This document shows positions 1-8,212 of a DNA stretch of 64,000 bases, in pieces. The translations under genes were made by a program, and so were the position numbers. The notes under the pieces are model-generated. The model had not been told where the DNA came from. It saw nothing but the letters and a program-made list of their open reading frames with translations, and did not search any database. Source of the stretch: Eledone cirrhosa (taxonomy: Eukaryota); NCBI GenBank assembly GCA_964016885.1, contig OZ024741.1:36890001-36954000 (forward strand). The letters are read 5' to 3'. Every line of letters begins with the position of its first letter. Positions within the stretch are counted from its first letter, which is position 1.

Positions 1-27
1 ACTTTTATCTAACTGCTCAATTACAAG

Positions 28-38
28 ACACACACACA

Positions 39-124
<86 letters not shown>
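28..124. repeat. (CA)n followed by (TA)n microsatellite
   Basis: Directly visible dinucleotide runs. Confidence 0.95.
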
Positions 125-125
<1 letters not shown>

Positions 126-149
126 CTCACTTCTGTCCACACCATCCTT

Positions 150-455
150 ACACTGTACAGTTATGTTGGTGTCACAAAAACACCCAGTCCACACTGTAAA
201 GTGGTCGTGTAGGTGTCACGACAAAAAGTACCCAGACCACACTGTAAAGTGGTTGTGCCGGTGACACAACAAAAAGCACCCAGCAGACACTGTAAATGTG
301 GTTGGCATTAGGAAGGGCATCTAGCCTTAGAAATCTAGCCAGAAACAGTCCTATATGAACAATACATGGTCACCTGACCCAACTTGCCTCAAATGGGACA
401 ACCCGTCTAACGTGGAAAATGGACATCAAACAATGAGGATGATGATGATGTTGAT
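150..455 (+). mobile_element. Retroposon (SINE-like) with internal ~48-bp tandem repeats and RTE-type (GAT)n tail
   Basis: ACACTGTAAA recurs at 191, 239 and 287. It is followed by GTTGGCATTAGGAAGGGCATC and ends in GGAAAATGGACATCAAAC..GATGATGATG, a tail like that of the RTE LINE 3' end near 59150-59183 and of the reverse copy at 9884-9996. Confidence 0.6.
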
Positions 456-464
456 ACACAATGG

Positions 465-600
465 ATTTCTGCAGTTTCTGTCTACAAAATTTCCCTCATA
501 AGGCATTGATCAACCTGAGATTACAGTAGAAGACATTTCCCCAAGTTGCCAGACCATAGGAGTGAATCTAAAACCATGTGGTTGTGCAAAGCCGTACATA
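465..600 (-). mobile_element. Decayed tRNA-derived SINE fragment
   Basis: Reverse complement resembles the + strand copy at 59352-59517. A further fragment lies at ~6245-6290. Confidence 0.5.
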
Positions 601-1003
601 GATTAGTTTAACAACTGTCACCATACTGCCAACATCACATTTAATTTGTATTGAATTACTTACATAGTTTTTAAATTCATTTTAAATAGTTAAACTTTTG
701 TAGTCCCTCCTTATTTCTTGGTCATGAACCTATATTTCTAATGAAAAACACGGTATTTCAATTAATTAATGAACATTTTAGAGGGATTTACTAAAACTAT
801 TAATTATTTCATTATTAAAATAGTCATATAAATTATGTTGCACAATTTTAATATAAACTAGCAGAATGGCCCGGCGCTGCTCGGGATTTGCTCTAGGGTT
901 CTTATATATTTGATATATATTTATCCTTATTGAGCCTCGTGAAATAAATATGTTTGTTTATATTTTGTTATTGTGTATGCAAAAATATCTGTACACGAAT
1001 ATA

Positions 1004-1035
<32 letters not shown>

Positions 1036-1306
1036 CGATATTAATAAATGGAAACTATATTTATAAAACCATATTTATTTCATTATACATATTTCAGGGA
1101 TACCACATTAAATTATGGTATGCCTTCATCAGACAAAATACAATATATAACAGTTTTACAAATAGGTTTGACGTACCCTTTAAAATACAACCATTACTTT
1201 TGGAGGCTGTCTGGATAGTGATTTGTTCATATAATAAGTCATAGTGTTAAGCACAATTAGAAAAAGACGGAGAGAAAGAAAGTGAAAAGAACAAAGACAG
1301 AGAGAG

Positions 1307-1524
1307 AGAAAGAAAAGAGAAAGAAAACCTGGAGAAATATCGGAGAGAGAGAGAAAAGTATGGAGAAAAGAAAGAGATATCTCTCCGCTATTTCTCCATA
1401 TGGTTTTATAAATATAGTTTCCATTTATTAATATCGTATATCTACTCCAAAAATTTGTCGAGTGCTTTATATCAGTTATAAAAATATTTACTTGTTGTAT
1501 CCCAACAATTTTAAATAGAACTTT

Positions 1525-1568
<44 letters not shown>

Positions 1569-1786
1569 AAAGTTCTATTTAAAATTGTTGAGATACAACA
1601 AGTAAATATTTTTATAACTGATATAAAGCACTCGACAAATTTTTGGAGTAGATATACGATATTAATAAATGGAAACTATATTTATAAAACCATATGGAGA
1701 AATATCGGAGAGATATCTCTTTCTTTTCTCCATACTTTTCTCTCTCTCTCCGATATTTCTCCAGGTTTTCTTTCTCTTTTCTTTCT
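1307..1786. repeat. 480-bp near-perfect palindrome centred on a (TA)n tract
   Basis: The arms are reverse complements with 2 mismatches found by eye. ORFs 1180..1569(-) and 1524..1802(+) give nearly identical translations. Confidence 0.95.
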
Positions 1787-1919
1787 ATATAAAAATATAT
1801 AAAAATAACAGATTAAAGTTTAAGCAAAGAATCGTGCTTTCATGCTTAACGGGATCTTCTGAAACTAAAAAAATCAATCTGTGAACGTAGAAGTAAATAT
1901 TTCGAAAAACGTTACACAC

Positions 1920-1951
<32 letters not shown>

Positions 1952-2227
1952 GAGCGTCATAATGTCGTAATGCAGACAGCCAAACATACAGACAGATATT
2001 ATAAGGGCGCAACATTATATCTATGTATCTATCTAAAAAGAAAGACTAAGATTATAGAGAGAGATCGCTAAATCGCCTAATGCGGTCCCTAGGGCATTGA
2101 AAATTTGAACTCACAGGACCATAAGCATTATGTGTGTAAAATTTGAAAACAATCGGTTGGGTGGTTCTCGAGTTTTAGGGAGTCAGACAGACAGACAGAC
2201 AGACATTCTCTGTTTTAGATATATAGA
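1952..2227 (-). mobile_element. Helitron 5' module type A (TCTATATATCTAAAACAGAGAATGTCTGTCTG...)
   Basis: TC start on the - strand at 2227, followed by (CTGT)n. An inverted copy lies at 4046-4338. Confidence 0.8.
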
Positions 2228-2265
2228 CTAGCAGAAAACCACCCACCGGGTGGTTTTCTGCTAGT
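2227..2265. repeat. 39-bp perfect hairpin with CTAG at both ends (18-bp stem, 3-nt loop)
   Basis: ACTAGCAGAAAACCACCC-ACC-GGGTGGTTTTCTGCTAGT. Confidence 0.95.
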
Positions 2266-2735
2266 ATATATATATATTACACACACAGAAATGTATATAT
2301 ATTTCTGTGTATATATATATATATATATTACACACACAGAAATGTATATATATTTCTGTGTGTATATATATATATATTACACACACAGAAATGTATATAT
2401 ATTTCTGTGTGTATATATATATATATATTACACACACAGAAATGTATATATATTTCTGTGTGTATATATATATATATTACACACACAGAAATGTATATAC
2501 ATTTCTGTGTGTATATATATATATTACACACACAGAAATGTATATATATTTCTGTGTGTATATATATATATATATACACACACAGAAATGTATATATATT
2601 TCTGTGTGTATATATATATATATATATATATTACACACACAGAAATGTATATATATTTCTATGTGTATATATATATATTTCTGTGTGTGTATATATATAT
2701 ATATTACACACACACAGAAATGTATATATGTTTCT
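2266..2735. repeat. Minisatellite, ~9 units of ~47-57 bp, each unit self-complementary
   Basis: Unit is TTACACACACAGAAATGTATATATATTTCTGTGTG(TA)n. CACACAGAAAT pairs with ATTTCTGTGTG. Confidence 0.9.
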
Positions 2736-3036
2736 GTAGCACTCCTCAATTCCCCCCTCTCTCCCTCCCGCTATCCCCCTCTTGTAGTCTGTCTCTTTCT
2801 TTCACTCTCACTCTCTATCTACGCGTGCACAAAAAACATTCGCACGCACGTGTTTTAGCGTCTATTCACTCTCTCTCTCTCCCTCTCTCCCTCCCGCTAT
2901 CCCCCTCTCGTAGTCTTCTCTTTCTTTCACTCTCACTCTCTCTCTACGCATGTGCAAAAAACATTCGCACGCGCGCACATGTTTCCACCGTCGGACAGAC
3001 AGACAGAGAAATTGCTGGTTATATATTATAAGGAGA
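2728..3036 (-). mobile_element. Helitron 5' module type B, copy 1, with internal ~126-bp tandem duplication
   Basis: Starts A|TCTCCTTATAATATATAACCAGCAATTTCTCTGTCTGTCTG on the - strand. CCCTCTCTCCCTCCCGCTATCCCCCTC occurs at 2755 and 2881. Confidence 0.75.
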
Positions 3037-3790
3037 TTACATATACATATGTAACTATGTATATCATCATCATCATCCCCATTATATATATATATAATAT
3101 GGGCCGAAGCCGAAAAAAATTTTGTTTGGCAGCTCTAATTGTGCCTTAATTTTATTCAAAAAATTGTATGCTAACATATTCGAATACCAGGCACTATTGG
3201 AATCAACAATAGCAGCGTCCTGAGGGTCATTACAAAACACAAATTCGCGAGAATTAGTGTTTAAGGCTTGGAAGGTGGTAAAAAAATCCACAAAATCTTC
3301 CATTCTTTTAAAAAAAAAATTTATTTTTAATAATATTTAAATAACTGGCGGTTAGAAAAAAATATTCCTATGAAATTTTAATCATACCATTAGGTGTGAA
3401 TAAGGAAATATTTTTTTATTGTCAAAACAAATGTTCAAAAGTTGAACACTGAAATTGAACACTGGACATTGGCTGCTGGAAATGGAAATTAAATCGTATT
3501 TAATTGTATTTAAATTTCTAACCTTATTTTATTATTTATATTTTTTCAATAAGAAATAAAAAAAACAACAAAAAAAATTGAAGAAAAAAATTGAACAAAT
3601 CAAACGTAGGTTATGGAACTGCGCAATCTGATTAATAAATTACCACATCAGCAGCAACCTTCTTCAAATGGTCCTTATTATCAGCAGCAACAACCACAAA
3701 TTCAATGGCAACCTTCTTCGCATGGAGTCAAGTCAGAACTGCCTCGAACTGGTTACTGCTGGCTTGTGCAAGGTGTCTCTATAGCAACCA

Positions 3791-4009
3791 GCGATTCCCT
3801 CGGCCTCACTGACCAAAGTCAGTGGAGAGGGGAAGGTAATGTTTCTGTAGCACGTGTTTTAGCGTCTATTCACTCTCTCTCTCTCCCTCTCTCCCTCCCG
3901 CTATCCCCCTCTTGTAGTCTGTCTCTTTCTTTCACTCTCACTCTCTCCGCAAGTGTTTCCACTGTCGGACAGACAGACAGAGAAATTGCTGGTTATATAT
4001 ATAAGTAGA
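3791..4009 (-). mobile_element. Helitron 5' module type B, copy 2
   Basis: Direct repeat of 4342-4554 and of part of 2728-3036. Its TC start abuts the CTAG at 4010. Confidence 0.8.
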
Positions 4010-4049
4010 CTAGCAGAAAACCACCTGCGGGCGGTTTTCTGCTAGTCTA
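4006..4049. repeat. Second double-CTAG hairpin (17-bp outer stem)
   Basis: TAGACTAGCAGAAAACC-ACCTGCGGGC-GGTTTTCTGCTAGTCTA. Confidence 0.95.
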
Positions 4050-4338
4050 TATATCTAAAACAGAGAATGTCTGTCTGTCTGTCAGCTCACTGAAACTTGA
4101 GAACCATCCAACCGATTGTTTTCAAACTTTAGACATGTAATACTTATGGTCCTGTGAGTGTTTTGAGCAAAAATTATTTCAAATTTTCAATGCCCTAGGG
4201 ACCGCATTAGGCGATTTAGCGTTCTCTCTATATAATTCTTAGTCTTTCTTTTTAGATAGATACATAGATATAACGTTGCGCCCTTATAATATCTGTCTGT
4301 ATGTCTGGCTGTCTGCATTACGTCATTATGACGCGCTC
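4046..4338 (+). mobile_element. Helitron 5' module type A, inverted copy
   Basis: Reverse complement of ~1952-2227 with scattered substitutions and a ~19-bp indel. Confidence 0.8.
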
Positions 4339-4341
4339 AGC

Positions 4342-4554
4342 GCGATTCCCTCGGCCTCAGTGACCAAAGTCAGTGGAGAGTGGAAGATAATGTTTCTGTA
4401 GCACGTGTTTTAGCGTCTATTCACTCTCTCTCTCCCTCTCTCCCTCCCCCTCTCGTAGTCTGTCTCTTTCTTTCACTCTCACTCTCTCTCTACGCACGTG
4501 TTTCCACTGTTGGACAGACAGACAGAGAAATTGCTGGTTATATATATAAGTAGA
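4342..4554 (-). mobile_element. Helitron 5' module type B, copy 3 (outer terminus)
   Basis: Direct repeat of 3791-4009, ending at the A|TC boundary. Confidence 0.8.
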
Positions 4555-4754
4555 TAAACACCCTTTAAAGTAGGTGGTTTTAGGTGGGTGGGTATCAAAG
4601 GGGTTAAAGTAATTATCCCTTTCTTCTCACTATGTTTATCATCATCATAATCGTTTTTATGTCCATTCTTCCACACTTGCATGGGTTTCATAAAGACTGG
4701 AATGTAACCAAGTCTCATGTAGTGTTAAGTAACTGAGAATACAAGACTCACACC

Positions 4755-4945
4755 AGGATAGGACACAGTCAATCACAGGATTAAACTCACTTTCCAGCTG
4801 GTGGCACTTACAGCTGAGTGAACTGGTGCAATGTGAAATGATGTACCTTGCTCAAGAACATAATGAACCACATGGTCATGGAATTGAACCATCAATTTTA
4901 TGATCATAAGCCCAACAGCCGAATCACTAATCCATGAACTTGCCC
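4755..4945 (-). mobile_element. tRNA-derived SINE with CORE-like segment
   Basis: AGCTGAGTGAACTGG..CTTGCTCAAGAACA..GGAATTGAAC (reverse-complement B-box). Similar copies lie at 60310-60420 and 63070-63352. Confidence 0.6.
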
Positions 4946-4961
4946 CTCTATAAGAGTAATT

Positions 4962-5426
4962 TTAACCCTTTCATTACCACGTTTCTAATAAAACATACAA
5001 TGTATGATTTAAAAAAAAGGAAATTTTAATAACCAAGAATTTGAAGAGATTTAGTAATATAACTAACTTTCACTTTATTAACCCTTTAGCATTTAAACTG
5101 GTCGATTCTGGCCAGAATCCTCTAACTTCTTTCTGTTCAAACTGGCTGTAACCGGCTGCTCATACTTATGTTAAGATTTTGTTCTCAAAATAAATAATAT
5201 CAAAATCTCATAGATTCAGTATTATGTGAGATAATTATGTGAAGTAAAGCCTTTACTGTAAATATAGAGTAATGTAAATGCTAAAGGGTTAAGGTTGTGT
5301 TTGGAACATAAAGGTTCTTACATAAAATTATAATGGAAGGTTTCTAGATCAAAATAAACAGTCATTATCATCATGGTTTTAAAGAAACAGGAGCAGTTTC
5401 AGGCAAGTTGATATCAAAAGGGTTAA
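4962..5426 (+). mobile_element. piggyBac-type MITE family P2 containing a nested P1 copy
   Basis: TTAA-CCCTTTCATTACC ... ATATCAAAAGGG-TTAA. A TTAA TSD with CCC/GGG termini is typical of the piggyBac superfamily. Confidence 0.8.
5078..5292 (+). mobile_element. piggyBac-type MITE family P1
   Basis: TTAA-CCCTTTAGCATTTA ... TAAATGCTAAAGGG-TTAA, a perfect 14-bp TIR with TTAA TSD. Confidence 0.9.
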
Positions 5427-5664
5427 TAATTTTGACTTACATATGCTAGCACTAACCTTACTATTGATATCAAAAGGGTTAATAATCTTGACTTAAGTAT
5501 GCTAGCACTAACCTTACTATTAAGTTTTCATGAAGAGTGTGTCCCTGAGTACACTCATCCCTCTCTAGTTCTTATATTTCATTAGTAACCAGTAAGGATT
5601 ATGTTTGATTAACATCTGGTTTTGAACTTTGAAAAGTCATTCTATCTGAAAATTCTTTTGATCT

Positions 5665-5908
5665 TTAAACTTTTGATTCCACCTGAAACCACCCCTGGTT
5701 CTATGATACAAACCTGTTTGCTTTGAAGTGTTTGTAATTTATCTCAAAACTTTCCACAATAAAACTATGTAACAACCTTATCTTTATGCTCCAAACACCA
5801 GCAAATTAGTTATTTTATTAAACCTCTCCAAATTCTTGATTATTTTCAAACTTATTTGAAAATTATAAGCAATGTCTTTCATTAGAAATATGGCAATGAA
5901 AGAGTTAA
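5665..5908 (-). mobile_element. MITE family P2, decayed
   Basis: CCTGAAACCACCCCTGGTTCTATGATACAAAC ... GAAATATGGCAATGAAAGAGTTAA matches the other P2 copies in reverse. Confidence 0.7.
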
Positions 5909-6014
5909 ATAGTTCCAATCATTAGACTGCTCCCATGCTGGGCACATCGTACAATGGTTTTGGACAATCATATCAATCTTAGTCCTTATTTCAGTTTACA
6001 ACTTATTTTAACTA

Positions 6015-6212
6015 TACGAGGGTCAGTTAAAAAGTTCATAGGCTGACCAAGATACTTTCATGGAATGACCAAATGACGTTTATTTTTCAACATGGTCCCT
6101 GAAAAGAAACAATGTGGTTATTAATAGTAAGAGTTGTAATACATACAAAATTTCACAGCTCTAGCATCACTCCTTCATAGTCAGCCTATGAACTTTTCAG
6201 CCTACCATCGTA
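6015..6212. mobile_element. Non-autonomous Tc1/mariner-type element (MITE)
   Basis: TA|TACGAGGGTCAGTTAAAAAGTTCATAGGCTGAC ... GTCAGCCTATGAACTTTTCAGCCTACCATCGTA|TA, an imperfect ~33-bp TIR with TA TSD. Confidence 0.85.
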
Positions 6213-6297
6213 TATCTGTTGAATTGTTAAGTAAACTTTACACACACGACAGGCTTCTACACAATTTTCATCTACCAAATTCCATTCTTCCATTCAC

Positions 6298-6534
6298 AAC
6301 CCTTTTGTTACCAACCCAGCCTAAACCAGCTCTGGTCCAATGAAATAAAGTCACCCATTTTAAAGGTTTCTAATTTAAATAAAAATCTTCCAACATAATT
6401 CTATATAAGAACCTTACATTAAGTTACTATTTTAGTAATGAAATAATTAATAATTTTGGTAAATCCCTCAAATTCTTCATTAAGTAATTGAAATGGAGTG
6501 CATTTTATTAGAAGTGCAGTTATGAAAATGTTAA
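6298..6534 (-). mobile_element. MITE family P2, decayed
   Basis: AACCCTTTTGTTACCAACCC ... TATGAAAATGTTAA with colinear P2 interior. Confidence 0.7.
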
Positions 6535-6574
6535 GTTAATCTTACAGTGAGACCAAAATAAAAACAATGCATTT

Positions 6575-7080
6575 TTGATGCACTGGGATAATTGTTGGCT
6601 TTGTGCCAAAAGTAGAAAGAATTGATATTACTATTACTATGGTGGTTGGCAGTATCGATAGAATGTTGGGCAACATGCTTAGTGGCATAGAGTTATGGCC
6701 CTTTTACGTTGACTTCAAATCCAGCAGAGGTTAGCTTTGCCTTTCATCCTTACAGGGGTGATAAAATAAAGTACCAGTAATGCATTGGGGTCGATCTAAT
6801 CAACTTTACCCTCCACTTCAAATTGCTGGCCTTGTGCCTAAATCAGAAACCATTATTATGGTGCTGCTGGATTGGCACAATCATTAACGTGTTGGACAAA
6901 ATACAGCATTTGTTCCAGCTCTTCATGTTGTGAGTTCAAATCCTGCCAAGGTCAACATTGCCTTTTATCAAACCAAGGGTTGATAAAATAAAGTACCAGT
7001 CAAATACTGGGGTAAATATAGTCAACTTCCTCCTTCACCCAAATTGCTGGCCTCGTGCCAATGTTAGTAAGAATTATTAT
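6575..7080 (+). mobile_element. Head-to-tail stack of tRNA-derived SINEs (3' fragment, then copies at ~6641-6859 and ~6860-7080)
   Basis: A-box-like TGGCAG/TGGCAC, B-box GTTCAAATCC, shared body GATAAAATAAAGTACCAGT..TTGCTGGCCTTGTGCC and (ATT) tail. Confidence 0.8.
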
Positions 7081-7445
7081 CAGAACTTTTGGCCTACTGT
7101 GACCACTTGGGATAACATCAATGACCTCATATTCATGCAAAATGGGATCTCTCCTTATTTTGCATGCACTGTCTGTAAGTGGCAAAATATCCAATTTCTA
7201 GGACATAGTCTGGGTTGTCGAGGTCCCCATGGATAGCCAGCAACAAGCCCTGACTTAACACTATGCAATTTTCTCCTGTAGAGGTGGGCAAAGGAAGAAG
7301 TTTATAGCTCAAAACCAAAAACTTTGACTCAGTTGGAGGAACACATTCGTTACGTACTGACTGACATAACACCTGAGTACCTGATTAAGTCAGTTGAGGA
7401 TATATCTGGACAATTGTAAACACTAGTGGACAACGTTGGAGCTTA
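7075..7445 (+). pseudogene. Tc1/mariner-superfamily transposase C-terminal remnant
   Basis: Reads IFMQNGISPYF..CRGPHG*PATSPDLTLCNFLL*RWAKEEVY..KPKTL, matching the FQQDGAPPH / WPARSPDLTPCDFFLWG catalytic motifs. In-frame stops are present. Confidence 0.85.
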
Positions 7446-8212
7446 CTCTTGACTCCCAAATAATAAGAGGGGGGGGGGGGTAGAATAAACATGAAAACCG
7501 GTAATTTTTCTAGGTTGTCTCCCTTAATTTAAAAAAAACAAAACAGAATTAGTCATATAGTTTACAGACTGATCCTATTTTATAACATGGGATTTCTTGT
7601 GGTGTACTTTTTTGTCACCTATAATGTTTTTTAATGTATAAAGAAAATTAATTGTTGCAGGAATGCTACCACTTAAAATAAAATGTTGCTGGAGATAGAT
7701 TAGCAAAATTTAATAAGCTGAGGGGCTGAAAAAATTTGATAAACAGTAGGGGTGTTTGAAAAAATCTGAAAAATTAATAAGCAGGGGTGGGAGTGATTAT
7801 TCGTAGAATTTTAACACTGTACTGTACTTCTAACATTTTACTGTTCAAAATAAAACACGTTTTATGAAAACTGACCAATAATTAATAAAGTTATTAATTC
7901 TAAATAAGGGCTTTCTTTCCACCCATCCAGTATATCTTTAGTGAAGTGAGAAGTTGTGATGTTCATATCTTTTCCAAAAGCATTGACAGGATAATTCTGG
8001 AGAGGTGGCTTCAGCTAGGGATTGAAACTATTATCATATCATGTTTCACCATATTAAATAATAACAATATCTTACATTGACAGTAAGATAGACATTTATA
8101 AGCTATGTTACCAATATATTACTGGTACTAATTTAATTGAACTTAGAAGGTGAAAAGAAAAAGTCAACCATGATAAGATTTGAACTTAAGATACCTATAT
8201 AATATATATATA

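Larger units (their letters stand above)
858..4554 (-). mobile_element. Non-autonomous Helitron-like composite element
   Basis: On the - strand it starts A|TCTACTTATATATATAACC..(CTGT)n at 4554 and ends with a GC-rich hairpin CCCGAGCAGCGCCGGG, then CCATTCTG-CTAG|T at 858. There is no TSD. These match the canonical Helitron TC...hairpin-CTRR termini and A|T target. No RepHel coding sequence is seen. Confidence 0.8.
733..4607 (+). mobile_element. TTAA-type MITE (family P2) split by the Helitron composite; halves at ~733-857 and 4555-4607
   Basis: The left half matches P2 interior (TATTTCTAATGAAA..TTTAGAGGGATTT). The right half ends GGTATCAAAGGGGTTAA. The rejoined junction aligns without gaps to the uninterrupted copy at 6352-6400 (- strand), 38 of 49 bases by manual count. 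Confidence 0.7.

Noticed and set aside
150-300. CRISPR-like array (48-bp period)
   Set aside because: The units are whole tandem duplicates without unique spacers, there are no cas genes, and the context is a eukaryotic retroposon.
954-1884. Paralogous small proteins on opposite strands
   Set aside because: Their similarity comes from the DNA palindrome, and they start within (TA)n runs.
2266-2735. CRISPR-like palindromic repeats and overlapping YI/HT-rich ORFs
   Set aside because: The intervening sequence is only (TA)n, not unique spacers. The ORFs are microsatellite translations.
6641-7080. tRNA genes
   Set aside because: A and B boxes are present but no cloverleaf can be folded. They are followed by a shared SINE body and tail in multiple decayed copies.
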